From Alphaproteobacteria bacterium (GTDB taxonomy: Bacteria; Pseudomonadota; Alphaproteobacteria; UBA828): a stretch of DNA of 64,000 bases. How positions within the stretch are numbered: position 1 is the first letter of the stretch; each line of letters opens with the position of its first letter. The notes below the pieces were generated by a model. It searched no databases. It saw only the letters and a list, made by a program, of their open reading frames with translations, and was not told where the DNA came from. A program made the position numbers and the translations under genes. Below are positions 17,196 through 26,200 of this stretch, piece by piece. The stretch spans positions 96,001 to 160,000 of the forward strand of contig CBDCQT010000010.1 in the NCBI GenBank assembly GCA_965220745.1, read 5' to 3'.

Positions 17196-18290
17196 ATGCG
17201 TGGACTGATCTTCGGTGTCGTCGCGCTGCTCGCGGCCAGCTTGCTCCCCCTTTCCGCGACGCAGGCGGCATTCAAGCTGGAAGGCAGGCCCAAGGTCGCG
17301 ATGCTCCATCTCGGCACCGTCAACGACGGCGGCTGGTCGGAGGCGCTCGACCGCGCACGGGTCAAGACCGAGGAGGCGCTGAGGCTCAAGATCGCTGTCA
17401 GCCAGCGGGTGCCCGAGGAGTGGGCGATCATCCTGCAGCTCGTCGATCGCTATGTGCGCGAGGGCTACAACATCATCATCGGCACCTCCTGGGGCCACAG
17501 CGACGCCTTGCGCGAGGCCGCGCGCAGGTACCCCAACGTGGCCTTCCTGAACTGCGCCGGTGCGACCACGGCGCCCAATCTGGAGAGCTTCTACGCCCGC
17601 ACGTATCAGGGCTGGTACCTGGCCGGGATCATCGCCGGTCATCTGACCCGGACCGAGAAAATCGGCGCCCTCGGCGGCTATCGGCTGGGTCCCGTGACCT
17701 GGGACCTCAACGCCTTCTTGCGCGGGGCCCAGTCGGTCAATCCCGCCGTCGAGATGATTGGCATCTACGTCAACACCTGGTTCGACCCGAGCAAGGAAAC
17801 GCAGGCGGCCGAGAGCCTGCTGGCGCAGGGAGTCGACGTGCTGGGATCGAACCTGAGCGCGCCGGGGCCGCACCGCGCCTTCGAGGATCGCGGCAAGTGG
17901 TCGATCGGCTTTCAGATCGACATGTCCGAGGAGGCGCCGAAGGGCGTCGCGGCCTCGATGGTCTACACGTGGGAGGCGTACCTGATTCCCACCATTCAGG
18001 CGATCGTCGAAGGCACCTGGACGCCCGAGAGGCCGAGCTGGTGGAGGGGCATCGAGACCGGCGTCTTCGACGTGGAGCCCATCGCGGCGTGGGTGCCACG
18101 CGCGGCGGTGGCGGACGTCGAGCGGGCGCGCGCGAAGATGATCGCGGGCGAGCTCGATCCCTTCGAGGGACCGCTCTACCGCAACAACGGCACGCTCGCG
18201 GTGCCGGAAGGCAAGGTTCCCTCCGACCGAGAGCTGTGGGGGATGGACTACCTGATCGAGGGCGCCGTCGACATCTCACTTGCGGAGTGA
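17196..18290 (+). CDS. BMP-family ABC substrate-binding protein (nucleoside/purine type)
   Basis: 'DGGWS', 'IIIGTSWG', 'NTWFDPSKE', signal peptide. Confidence 0.88.
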   Translation: MRGLIFGVVALLAASLLPLSATQAAFKLEGRPKVAMLHLGTVNDGGWSEALDRARVKTEEALRLKIAVSQRVPEEWAIILQLVDRYVREGYNIIIGTSWGHSDALREAARRYPNVAFLNCAGATTAPNLESFYARTYQGWYLAGIIAGHLTRTEKIGALGGYRLGPVTWDLNAFLRGAQSVNPAVEMIGIYVNTWFDPSKETQAAESLLAQGVDVLGSNLSAPGPHRAFEDRGKWSIGFQIDMSEEAPKGVAASMVYTWEAYLIPTIQAIVEGTWTPERPSWWRGIETGVFDVEPIAAWVPRAAVADVERARAKMIAGELDPFEGPLYRNNGTLAVPEGKVPSDRELWGMDYLIEGAVDISLAE

Positions 18291-18329
18291 AGCGGTCAGA
18301 CGACCGAGAGGTACCTCGCGGACCCGTCG

Positions 18330-18515
18330 TCAGGCGGCCTCTCCCTCCTGCACGGGATCGAAGTCGGCCTTGGGCGCCCGGCAATCGGGGCAGCACCAGT
18401 CATCCGGGAGGTCCGCGAACGGCGTGTCCGGCGGCGTCTCGCGCTGCGCTTCGCCCTTGGCGGGATCGTAGACGTAGCCGCACCAGCGGCACCGATAGCG
18501 CGTCATGGGAGACAT
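18330..18515 (-). CDS. Rubredoxin
   Basis: 'YRCRWCGYVYDP...TPFADLPDDWCCPDCRAPKADF'. Confidence 0.92.
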   Translation of the reverse strand: MSPMTRYRCRWCGYVYDPAKGEAQRETPPDTPFADLPDDWCCPDCRAPKADFDPVQEGEAA

Positions 18516-18585
18516 CGCCGCGGCATGGCCGTGGGAGAAACGCGCGGCCGGCCCGTCTCGGACCGGCCGCAAGTCGTCAACTTGA

Positions 18586-19755
18586 CTAGTGAATGCCGAG
18601 CTTCTCCGCAGCCATCTGCGTTCCCTTGATGCGGGACTCGATCTTCTGGAACGCCACGTCGCGGGCGTAATCGGGCGAGCCGTGGTTGGGCTTCACGTCG
18701 ATGCTGAAGGGCGAGAAGCCGCAGTCGTCGGTAGACGCAATCTGCTCCTTCGGCAGGTGATTGGCGGCCGCGATGAGCTGCTCGCACACCTCTTCGGGCG
18801 ATTCCACCCGCGGGTTCTGCGGGTTGATGACGCCGATGTAGGCCATCTGCGTGACGCCGTTGGCGTCGGTGCGGATGCTCGCCGCGATGTCCTTGTAGAC
18901 CTGCTCCTGGTTCCGCTCGCTCTTGAACTGGATCATGAAATAGCCGGCATTGAGCTGGAACATGCTCGGCAGCAGGTCGTTGTAGGGCACGTCGGCGCTG
19001 TGCACCGAATCGCAGTCGCCGCCCGGGCAGGTGTGGATGCCGATGTTCACCCGCTCCTCCGCCGTGAAGCGGTCGAGCACCGCGTTGATCAGATCGATGA
19101 AGTGGGGAAGCATCTGGCGGCCGGTCCAGGGATTGCGCGAATCGTTGCGGCAGGAGAGCCGGCCCTCGGTGAAGTCGATGGAGACCCGTACCGCGCCGGC
19201 AGCGAAGGCCTCGCGCACGTCCTTCTCGCACTCGTCGATCAGGTCGGCCTCGAACGCCTCGCGCGAGTAGCCCTCGATCTCCTCGTCGAGGGGGTAGAGC
19301 AGCGCGAGCATCGAGGGCGCGATCACCGCCTGCTTCATCGGCTTGGTCGCGGACTTGATCGAGAGCTTGAGGGAATCGGCCGCGAAGCTCTTGTAGCGGA
19401 ACGGGCCGCCGGTGAGACGCGGCAGCTGGCGATGGTGGCCATCGGCGAAGATGGCGAAGTACTGGCCGCCGCCCGCAAGATGGTCGGCGAGGCCCGTTCC
19501 CGCCAGGGTGTCGGTGATGGGATAGGTGGCGAAGCTCGACCAGCGTTGCTCTCCGTCGGAGACGATAGGCGAGCCGGCGGCCTCCATGCGCGAAATCGAA
19601 TCGCGCACCGCCTCCTCCTGCTCGGCCTCGAGATCGGCTTTCGAAATGTCGCCCGCATCGTAGGCGGCGTAGGCGGCCTGAAGCTTGGACGGGCGGGGCA
19701 GCGAGCCCACGGGTTCGGTCGGAATTCCGGTGGCAGTACGGGGATCGTAGGTCAT
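18586..19755 (-). CDS. Cobalamin-independent methionine synthase II family (single-domain MetE-like)
   Basis: 'TEPVGSLPRP', 'SDGEQR', Zn-site 'IHTCPGG', 'DDCGFS'. Confidence 0.88.
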   Translation of the reverse strand: MTYDPRTATGIPTEPVGSLPRPSKLQAAYAAYDAGDISKADLEAEQEEAVRDSISRMEAAGSPIVSDGEQRWSSFATYPITDTLAGTGLADHLAGGGQYFAIFADGHHRQLPRLTGGPFRYKSFAADSLKLSIKSATKPMKQAVIAPSMLALLYPLDEEIEGYSREAFEADLIDECEKDVREAFAAGAVRVSIDFTEGRLSCRNDSRNPWTGRQMLPHFIDLINAVLDRFTAEERVNIGIHTCPGGDCDSVHSADVPYNDLLPSMFQLNAGYFMIQFKSERNQEQVYKDIAASIRTDANGVTQMAYIGVINPQNPRVESPEEVCEQLIAAANHLPKEQIASTDDCGFSPFSIDVKPNHGSPDYARDVAFQKIESRIKGTQMAAEKLGIH

Positions 19756-19860
19756 CGGTCATCTCCCGGTATTCGTTGATGCTTGCCGCCATCGTCCCAT
19801 AGGAGCGGTGCTGCGTTCAACGCATAGGCAGCGCGACGGGACTCGCGCCCGATCGCGTGC

Positions 19861-19915
19861 CCCGCACCTTGGTGCGATGGTCGTTGGCGCCGGGTGCCGT
19901 CATGGTAAGGGCATG
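19861..19915 (+). promoter_or_regulatory. Putative Mor/C-activated late promoter, copy 2 (terminase)
   Basis: CCCGCACCTTGGTGCG-N24-CATGGT-N6-ATG; same 55-nt geometry as copies 1 and 3. Confidence 0.72.
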
Positions 19916-21289
19916 GTTGGCCCTGCTTCTAGCGAATCGCTCCACCTCTCCCTCCTCCCCTATCAGGCCCGCTGGGTGTCGGACCCGGCAGGTTTCAAGG
20001 TGATCGAAAAGGCGCGGCGCATCGGCATCTCCTGGGCCGAGGCCTACGACGCGGTAATGCACGCGGGCTCGAAATGGGGCGGCAACGTCTATTACCAGGC
20101 CTACAACCTGGAGATGACCCGGGGCTTCATCGAGGACTGCGCCGGCTGGGCAGAGAGGTTGCAGAGCAGGGCCGGTGCGCTCGGCGAGACCTTGATGGTG
20201 GAGGATGGGCGTGCCGTGCGGGCCTTCCGCATCGCCTTCGGCTCAGGCAACGAAATCCTCGCCATGACTTCGGCGCCGCGCGCCTTCCGCTCCAAGGGCC
20301 GGCCCGGCGATCTTGCCATCGTCGACGAAGCGGCCTTCGTCGACGACCTCGGCGAAGTGCTGAAGGCGGCGCTCGCCTTCCGCGTCTGGGGCGGGCGGGC
20401 GCACGTCATCAGCACCCACAACGGCGAGGCCAACCCCTTCGCGACGCTCTGCCGCGAGATCGACGAGGGCGCGCGGCCGGGCACGCTGCACCGCACCACG
20501 CTCAAGGAGGCGCTGGCGCAGGGTCTCTTTCGCCGCATCGTCGAGGGGCAGGGCCGCCCCTGGTCGGCCGCCGCCGAGGCCGAATGGGAGGGCGCGCTCA
20601 GGGCCGAATACGGCAGCCATTCGGGCGAAGAACTCGACTGCATCCCCGCCGCCGGTGGCGGGGCCTGGCTCGCGTGGGAGGCGATCCGCGCCTGCGAAGA
20701 CCCCACCGCAGGCGATCCCGCCGCCTTCGCCGGCGGCGGCGCCACCGTCGGCGTGGACGTGGCGCGGCGGCGTGACCTCTGGGTCGCAGCGGTACTCGAG
20801 CAGGTGGGCGACGTGCTCTGGCTGCGCGAGCTGGCGGTCCGCCAGGGCATCCCCTTCAGCCAGCAGCGGGCGATCGTGGGCGACCTTGCGGCGCGCTATC
20901 GGCCGGTGCGCATCGCCGTGGACCAGACCGGCATGGGAGAGGCCGTGGTGGAGCAGCTGCAGGAAGACCTGGGCCGGACCGCGGTCGAGGGTGTGCTGAT
21001 GTCCGGGCCGCGCAGGCTCGATGTGGCAACGGCGCTGCGCGAGGCGGTGGAGGATCGCCGCCTCCGCATCCCACCCGACGCGGAGCTTAGGCGCGATCTC
21101 CATGCCGTCCGCGCCGAGGCCGGGCCGACCGGGGCGCCGCGGCTGCTTGCCGAACGCTCGGGCACCGACGGCCACGCCGACCGATTCTGGGCTCTGGCGC
21201 TGGCCTGCACCGCCGCCCGCGACGGCAGTGCGACCATTGGGGGTGCCAGCGCCGGCCCGCGCGCTGCTTCGCTTGCGGGGTTCTACTGA
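19913..21289 (+). CDS. Mu gp28-like terminase large subunit
   Basis: 'LLPYQARW', 'EKARRIGISWAEA', Walker B 'IVDEAAF', 'ISTHNG..NPF', RNase H-like 'GVDVARRRDL', 'DQTGMG', 'GHADRFWALALA'. Confidence 0.92.
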   Translation: MVGPASSESLHLSLLPYQARWVSDPAGFKVIEKARRIGISWAEAYDAVMHAGSKWGGNVYYQAYNLEMTRGFIEDCAGWAERLQSRAGALGETLMVEDGRAVRAFRIAFGSGNEILAMTSAPRAFRSKGRPGDLAIVDEAAFVDDLGEVLKAALAFRVWGGRAHVISTHNGEANPFATLCREIDEGARPGTLHRTTLKEALAQGLFRRIVEGQGRPWSAAAEAEWEGALRAEYGSHSGEELDCIPAAGGGAWLAWEAIRACEDPTAGDPAAFAGGGATVGVDVARRRDLWVAAVLEQVGDVLWLRELAVRQGIPFSQQRAIVGDLAARYRPVRIAVDQTGMGEAVVEQLQEDLGRTAVEGVLMSGPRRLDVATALREAVEDRRLRIPPDAELRRDLHAVRAEAGPTGAPRLLAERSGTDGHADRFWALALACTAARDGSATIGGASAGPRAASLAGFY

Positions 21290-21322
21290 CCGGCAGAAGG
21301 CGACCGAGGCGGGCGAAGAGGC

Positions 21323-21377
21323 CCCGCACCATGGTCCGGTGCACAGGCCGGGCCGGAGTCCCGATGATCGGGGCATG
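21323..21377 (+). promoter_or_regulatory. Putative Mor/C-activated late promoter, copy 3 (portal)
   Basis: CCCGCACCATGGTCCGGTGCAC-N18-GATGAT-N6-ATG. Confidence 0.75.
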
Positions 21378-21427
21378 ATGATTGCCCGATCCTCCGCGTC
21401 TCTACCGGCCAACCGGAGCCTCGTCTG

Positions 21428-22666
21428 ATGGCGGCGGCCCTCGCGACCCGGCTCCGCCGGCTGCTCTCTCCCTCCCGTGCTGGCACGCCGGCAGGGCCGC
21501 CCTCTGGCGAGGTCGCCGCAGCCAGCATCGCTGGCCGCCTCCAGCCCTATATCGGTGAGCTGCCGCTCAACCCGCGCCAGCCCTCGCGCTATGCCGAACG
21601 CTACCGCGACGAGGGCGCGGCACTCCGCATCTACCGCGACATCCTGCGGGACGAGCGCTGCCAGGCTGCGCTCGACCAGCGCCTCGATGCCGCCATCGCG
21701 CGGCCCTGGACGGTCGAGCCCGGCGGCGACGGCCCGGACGATCGTGCCGCGGCCGACGACCTCGCCCGCCAGCTCGATGGCGTCGGCTTCGATGCCGTCA
21801 GCCGCCAGCTCCTGCACGGGGTCTGGTACGGCTACGCCATCGCCGAGGCGCTCTGGGCCCGCGCGGGCGACCGCGTCGTGCTCGACCGCCTCGTGGTGCG
21901 CGCGCCCGACCGCTTCCGCTGGTCGGCGGAGGGCCAGCCCCTGCTCCGCACCGACGCCCACCCCCTGGGCGAGCCGCTGCCGGAAGCAAAATTCGTGATC
22001 CTTCGCCGCCCCGGCGAGCACGGCGACCTGCCCCACGGGCCGGGCCTCGCGCGCTGGTGCTTCTGGCCGGTCTGGCTCAAGCGCCACGGGCTCAAGTTCT
22101 GGTCCGTCGCGCTCGAAAAGTTCGGCGCTCCCGGCGTCAAGGGCACCTATCCCAGGAACGCGAGCGCCGAGCAGAAGGCCGACCTGCTCGACCTGGTGCA
22201 GTCCTTCGCCACCAGCCTCGGCGTCATCCTGCCCGAGGGCCAGGAGATCGAGATCGTCGAGAGCGCGCGCCGCGCCGGCGGCGACTTCCAGGCCTTCGTC
22301 GCCTATCTCGACCGTGCCATCGCGACCACGATCCTCGGGCAGTCCGCCACCACCGACATGGGGCCCTGGCGCGGCACCGCCGAAGTGCAGCGCGACGTGC
22401 GCGACGAGACCGTCGCCGCCGACTGCCGCCTGCTCGACGACGCGCTGGGCGGCACCGTCGCCCGCTGGCTCACTGCCTGGAACTTTCCGGGTGCGGCGAC
22501 GCCCCGCATCCGCCGCGACGCATCACCGCCGGAGGACCTCGACGCCCGCGCCCGCCGCGAGGCCGTCATCGCCAGCACCAGCGGCCTGCGTCCCACCCGA
22601 TCCCACATCGAACGCACCTATGGCGGGAAGTGGGAGGCGGCGCCGCCTGCATCTGGGGCGGCGTAA
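21428..22666 (+). CDS. Mu gp29-like portal protein (DUF935)
   Basis: 'IYRDILRD...QR', 'YGYAIAEALW', 'GLARWCFWPVWLKRHGLKFWSVALEKFGAP', 'ILGQSATT', 'WNFPG'. Confidence 0.92.
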   Translation: MAAALATRLRRLLSPSRAGTPAGPPSGEVAAASIAGRLQPYIGELPLNPRQPSRYAERYRDEGAALRIYRDILRDERCQAALDQRLDAAIARPWTVEPGGDGPDDRAAADDLARQLDGVGFDAVSRQLLHGVWYGYAIAEALWARAGDRVVLDRLVVRAPDRFRWSAEGQPLLRTDAHPLGEPLPEAKFVILRRPGEHGDLPHGPGLARWCFWPVWLKRHGLKFWSVALEKFGAPGVKGTYPRNASAEQKADLLDLVQSFATSLGVILPEGQEIEIVESARRAGGDFQAFVAYLDRAIATTILGQSATTDMGPWRGTAEVQRDVRDETVAADCRLLDDALGGTVARWLTAWNFPGAATPRIRRDASPPEDLDARARREAVIASTSGLRPTRSHIERTYGGKWEAAPPASGAA

Positions 22667-22687
22667 GGAGATAGCGCCGGGGCTGGC

Positions 22688-22731
22688 TCAAGCCTCGGCG
22701 TATTCGAGCAGGAGGTCCTTGGCTTCGACCG
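22688..22731 (-). repeat. Duplicate of the last 44 bp of pyc (direct repeat with 23202-23245)
   Basis: 42/44 identical; both differences are synonymous in the pyc frame. Confidence 0.92.
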
Positions 22732-22772
22732 TTGTTAAGCGTCGAATTTTGACCCCTCAGAGTTCAGCCCTC

Positions 22773-22841
22773 TCAACGGATTCCCGCGCCGATCGCCATC
22801 AGATCGGCGACCGCCATGGCCTTCCATTCAAGTTCGTGCAC
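22773..22841 (-). pseudogene. Truncated RelE/ParE-type toxin N-terminus
   Basis: GTG overlapping the antitoxin end gives MHELEWKAMAVADLMAIGAGIR*; resembles the RelE/ParE start 'LEWxxxAxADL' and then stops; coordinates approximate. Confidence 0.55.
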
Positions 22842-23127
22842 GGCGCTTCCCGTCGATGAGCGCCTGCGTGCCGGTCATAACTTGTTCATGCGGAACCGCG
22901 GGGCGCGGATCGTCCAGGGCTTCCCGTACCTTGGCGCGGAACCACGCGTCATAGGCTTCGGGATCGGCGGTCAGTCCCGCCGGCAAACCGCCCTCCGCAG
23001 CAACACGGGTCAACAGGATGCGCACGGCATCGGAGAGTGTCAGGCCGACGCCGGCCAGCGTGTCGGCCGCTTTCGCCTTGAGCCGATCGTCCACACGGAC
23101 ATGGAGCATCGAAGTCTGAGCTGGCAT
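22828..23127 (-). CDS. RelB/DinJ-family antitoxin
   Basis: 'MLHVRVDDRLKAKAADTLAGVGLTLSDAVRILLTRVAAEGGLP...YDAWFRAKVREALDDPRP'. Confidence 0.88.
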   Translation of the reverse strand: MPAQTSMLHVRVDDRLKAKAADTLAGVGLTLSDAVRILLTRVAAEGGLPAGLTADPEAYDAWFRAKVREALDDPRPAVPHEQVMTGTQALIDGKRRART

Positions 23128-23201
23128 GGGACATCCTCCGTCGCTGCCAACGGTATGCATCTCAATTGAGATGCGTCAAGCGAAACGACGGAGGCCCAAG
23201 A

Positions 23202-26200
23202 TCAAGCCTCGGCGTATTCGAGGAGGAGGTCCTTGGCCTCGACCGATTGCCCGGCCGCCACGTGCAGGGCCGCGACGGTGCCGTCGCGCTCGGCGTGGAG
23301 GGCGGTCTCCATCTTCATGGCTTCGACGGTCATCAGCAGGTCGCCGGCCACGACGTGGCGCCCGCTCGCCACCGCGACCGAGGCCACCACGCCCGGCATC
23401 GGGGCCGAGACGTGCCGCGGGTTAGCGGGATCGGCCTTGGGCCGGCGCACCACGCTCGCAGAGGCCTCGCGGTTCTCCACCTTGACCGTGCGGGGCTGGC
23501 CGTTCAGCTCGAAGAAGACGCGCACCGCGCCCTCCTCGTCGGTCTCGCCGACGGCGAGGCAGCGGATGACCAGGGTGTGCCCGCGCTCGATCTCGACCGA
23601 GACCTCGCGCCTGGGCGCAAGCCCGTAGAAGTACACGTCGGTCGGCAGCGCGGAGACCGGCCCGTAAAGCTCGTTGCGCGCCGCGTAATCCGTGAACACC
23701 TTGGGGTAGAAGAGCCAGGAATAGAGGTCCTCGTCCGAGAGCGACCAGCCGGTCTCCTCCTCCGCCCGCGCGCGCTCGGCCTCCAGGTCGGCGGGCGGGA
23801 GCACGGCGCCGGGGCGCCCTTCGATGGGCGCCTCGCCCTTCAGGATCTTGCTCGAAAGCGGCTCGGGGAAGCCGCCCGGCATACGGCCAAGCTCGCCCCG
23901 GAAGAGCCCGACCACCGATTCCGGGAAGGCGATCTCGCGATCCAGGTCCTCGACATCGGCCCGCGTGAGGCCGCCGGAGACCATCACCAGCGCCATGTCG
24001 CCCACCACCTTGGAGGTGGGCGTCACCTTGACGATGTCGCCGAACATCCGGTTGACCTCGGCGTAGGCTTCGGCCACCTCGTGCCAGCGCTCGGCTAGGC
24101 CGAGGGAGCGCGCCTGCTCGCGCAGGTTGGTGAACTGCCCGCCCGGCATCTCGTGCAGGTAGACCTCCGACGCCGGCGCCCGCATGTCGGTCTCGAACGC
24201 GGCGTACTGCGCGCGCACCACCTCCCAGTAGTCGGAAATCTCGCGTACGTGGGCCGGGTCGAGGCCGGTCTCGCGCGGCTGGCCGCGCAGCGCCTCCACC
24301 ACCGAGCCGAGGCAGGGCTGGGAGGTGAAGCCGGAGAGGCTGTCCATGGCGAGGTCCACCGCGTCGACGCCCGCGTCGACCGCCGTCAACACGCTGGCGG
24401 CTGCAATGCCGGAGGTGTCGTGGGTGTGGAAGTGGACCGGAAGCCCGGTCTCCTCCTTCAACGCATGGACCAGCTCGCGGGCGGCGGCGGGCTTGACCAG
24501 CCCCGCCATGTCCTTGATGCCGAGGATGTGGGTGCCGGCATCGCGCAGCTCGCGGGCCATGCGGCGGTAATACTCGATGTCGTAGCGGCTGCGGCTCTCG
24601 TCGTGGAGGTCGCCCGTGTAGCAGATCGCCGCCTCGCAGAGCCGCCCGGTCTCCAGCACCGCGTCGACCGCAACCCGCATGTTCTCGACCGAGTTCAGCG
24701 GATCGAAGATGCGGAAGACGTCGATGCCCGAGTCCGCGGCGCGGGCCACGAAGCCCCGGACCACGTTGTCCGGGTAGTTGGTGTAGCCCACGCCGTTGGA
24801 GGCACGCAGCAGCATCTGCAGCAGGATGTTCGGGACCTGCGTGCGCAAGCGCTCCAGTCGCTCCCACGGGCACTCGTTGAGGAAGCGCAGCGCTACGTCG
24901 AAGGTGGCGCCGCCCCAGCATTCCAGCGAGAAGAGCTGCGGCAGGTTGTAGGCATAGGCATCGGCGATCTGGCAGAGGTCGTAGGTGCGCATCCGGGTCG
25001 CCAGCAGCGACTGGTGCGCGTCCCGCATGGTGGTGTCGGTGACCAGCGTGCGCTCCTGCGCCAGCATCCAGGCCACGACCGCTTCGGGCCCCTCGGCATC
25101 GAGCTGCGCCTTCGCGCCGGCCGCGGGCTCCTTGGCGTGGAGCGGCGGCGGGCTGGGATTGCGGGCATGGGCCGGCGGCGCAGGCCGATCCTTCACCTCC
25201 GGGTGGCCGTTGACCGTGGTCTCGGCGATGTAGCGCAGCAGGCGGCTCGCACGATCGCGCGGGCGGGCGAAGGTGAGCAGCTCCGGGTTGTCGTCGATGA
25301 AGCGGGTGGTCACCTGGCCCTGACGAAAGGCCTCGTCGCCGACCAGGCGTTCGAGAAAGTCGATGTTGGTGGCGACCCCCCTAATGCGGAACTCCTGGAG
25401 CGCGCGCCGCATGCGGTCGATGGCGCCTTCGCGCGAGGAGGCCCAGGCGGTGACCTTCTCCAGCAGCGAATCGTAGTGGCGGGTGATGACCGCGCCGGTG
25501 TACGCGGTGCCGCCATCGAGGCGGATGCCGAAGCCGGTGGCGGCGCGGTAGGCGGTGATGCGCCCGTAGTCGGGGATGAAGCGGTCGAGCGGATCCTCGG
25601 TGGTGATCCGGCACTGCACCGCGTGGCCGCGCAGTGCGATCTCGTCCTGCGGCGGGCAGGCGTCGTCCGGCTCCTCCCCTATGGCGCCGCCTTCGGCAAC
25701 GCGGATCTGGGCCCGCACCAGGTCGACGCCGGTCACCTGCTCGGTGACGGTGTGCTCGACCTGGATGCGCGGATTGACCTCGATGAAGTGAAAGCCATTG
25801 GTGTCGAGATCGTGCAGGAACTCCACCGTGCCCGCGTTAAGGTAGTCGGCGGTGCGGGCGATGGCGAGCGCATGGCCGGTGAGCTCGTCGCGCTGCGCGG
25901 CCGTGAGGCCGGGGGCCGGCGCGCACTCCACGATCTTCTGGTTGCGCCGTTGCACGGAGCAATCGCGCTCGAAGAGGTGGACGATCCGGCCGTGACCGTC
26001 CGCCAGAATCTGGACCTCCAGGTGCCGGGCCCGGCGGATGAAGCGCTCGAAATAGACGTCGTCCTTGCCGAAGGCGGCGTCCGCCTCGCGCCGTGCGGCG
26101 AGCAGAGCGGCCTCGAACTCGTCCTCGGCCTCGACCGTGCGCATGCCGCGCCCGCCGCCACCCCAGCTCGCCTTGAGTATCCCGGGGAATCCCACGTCTC

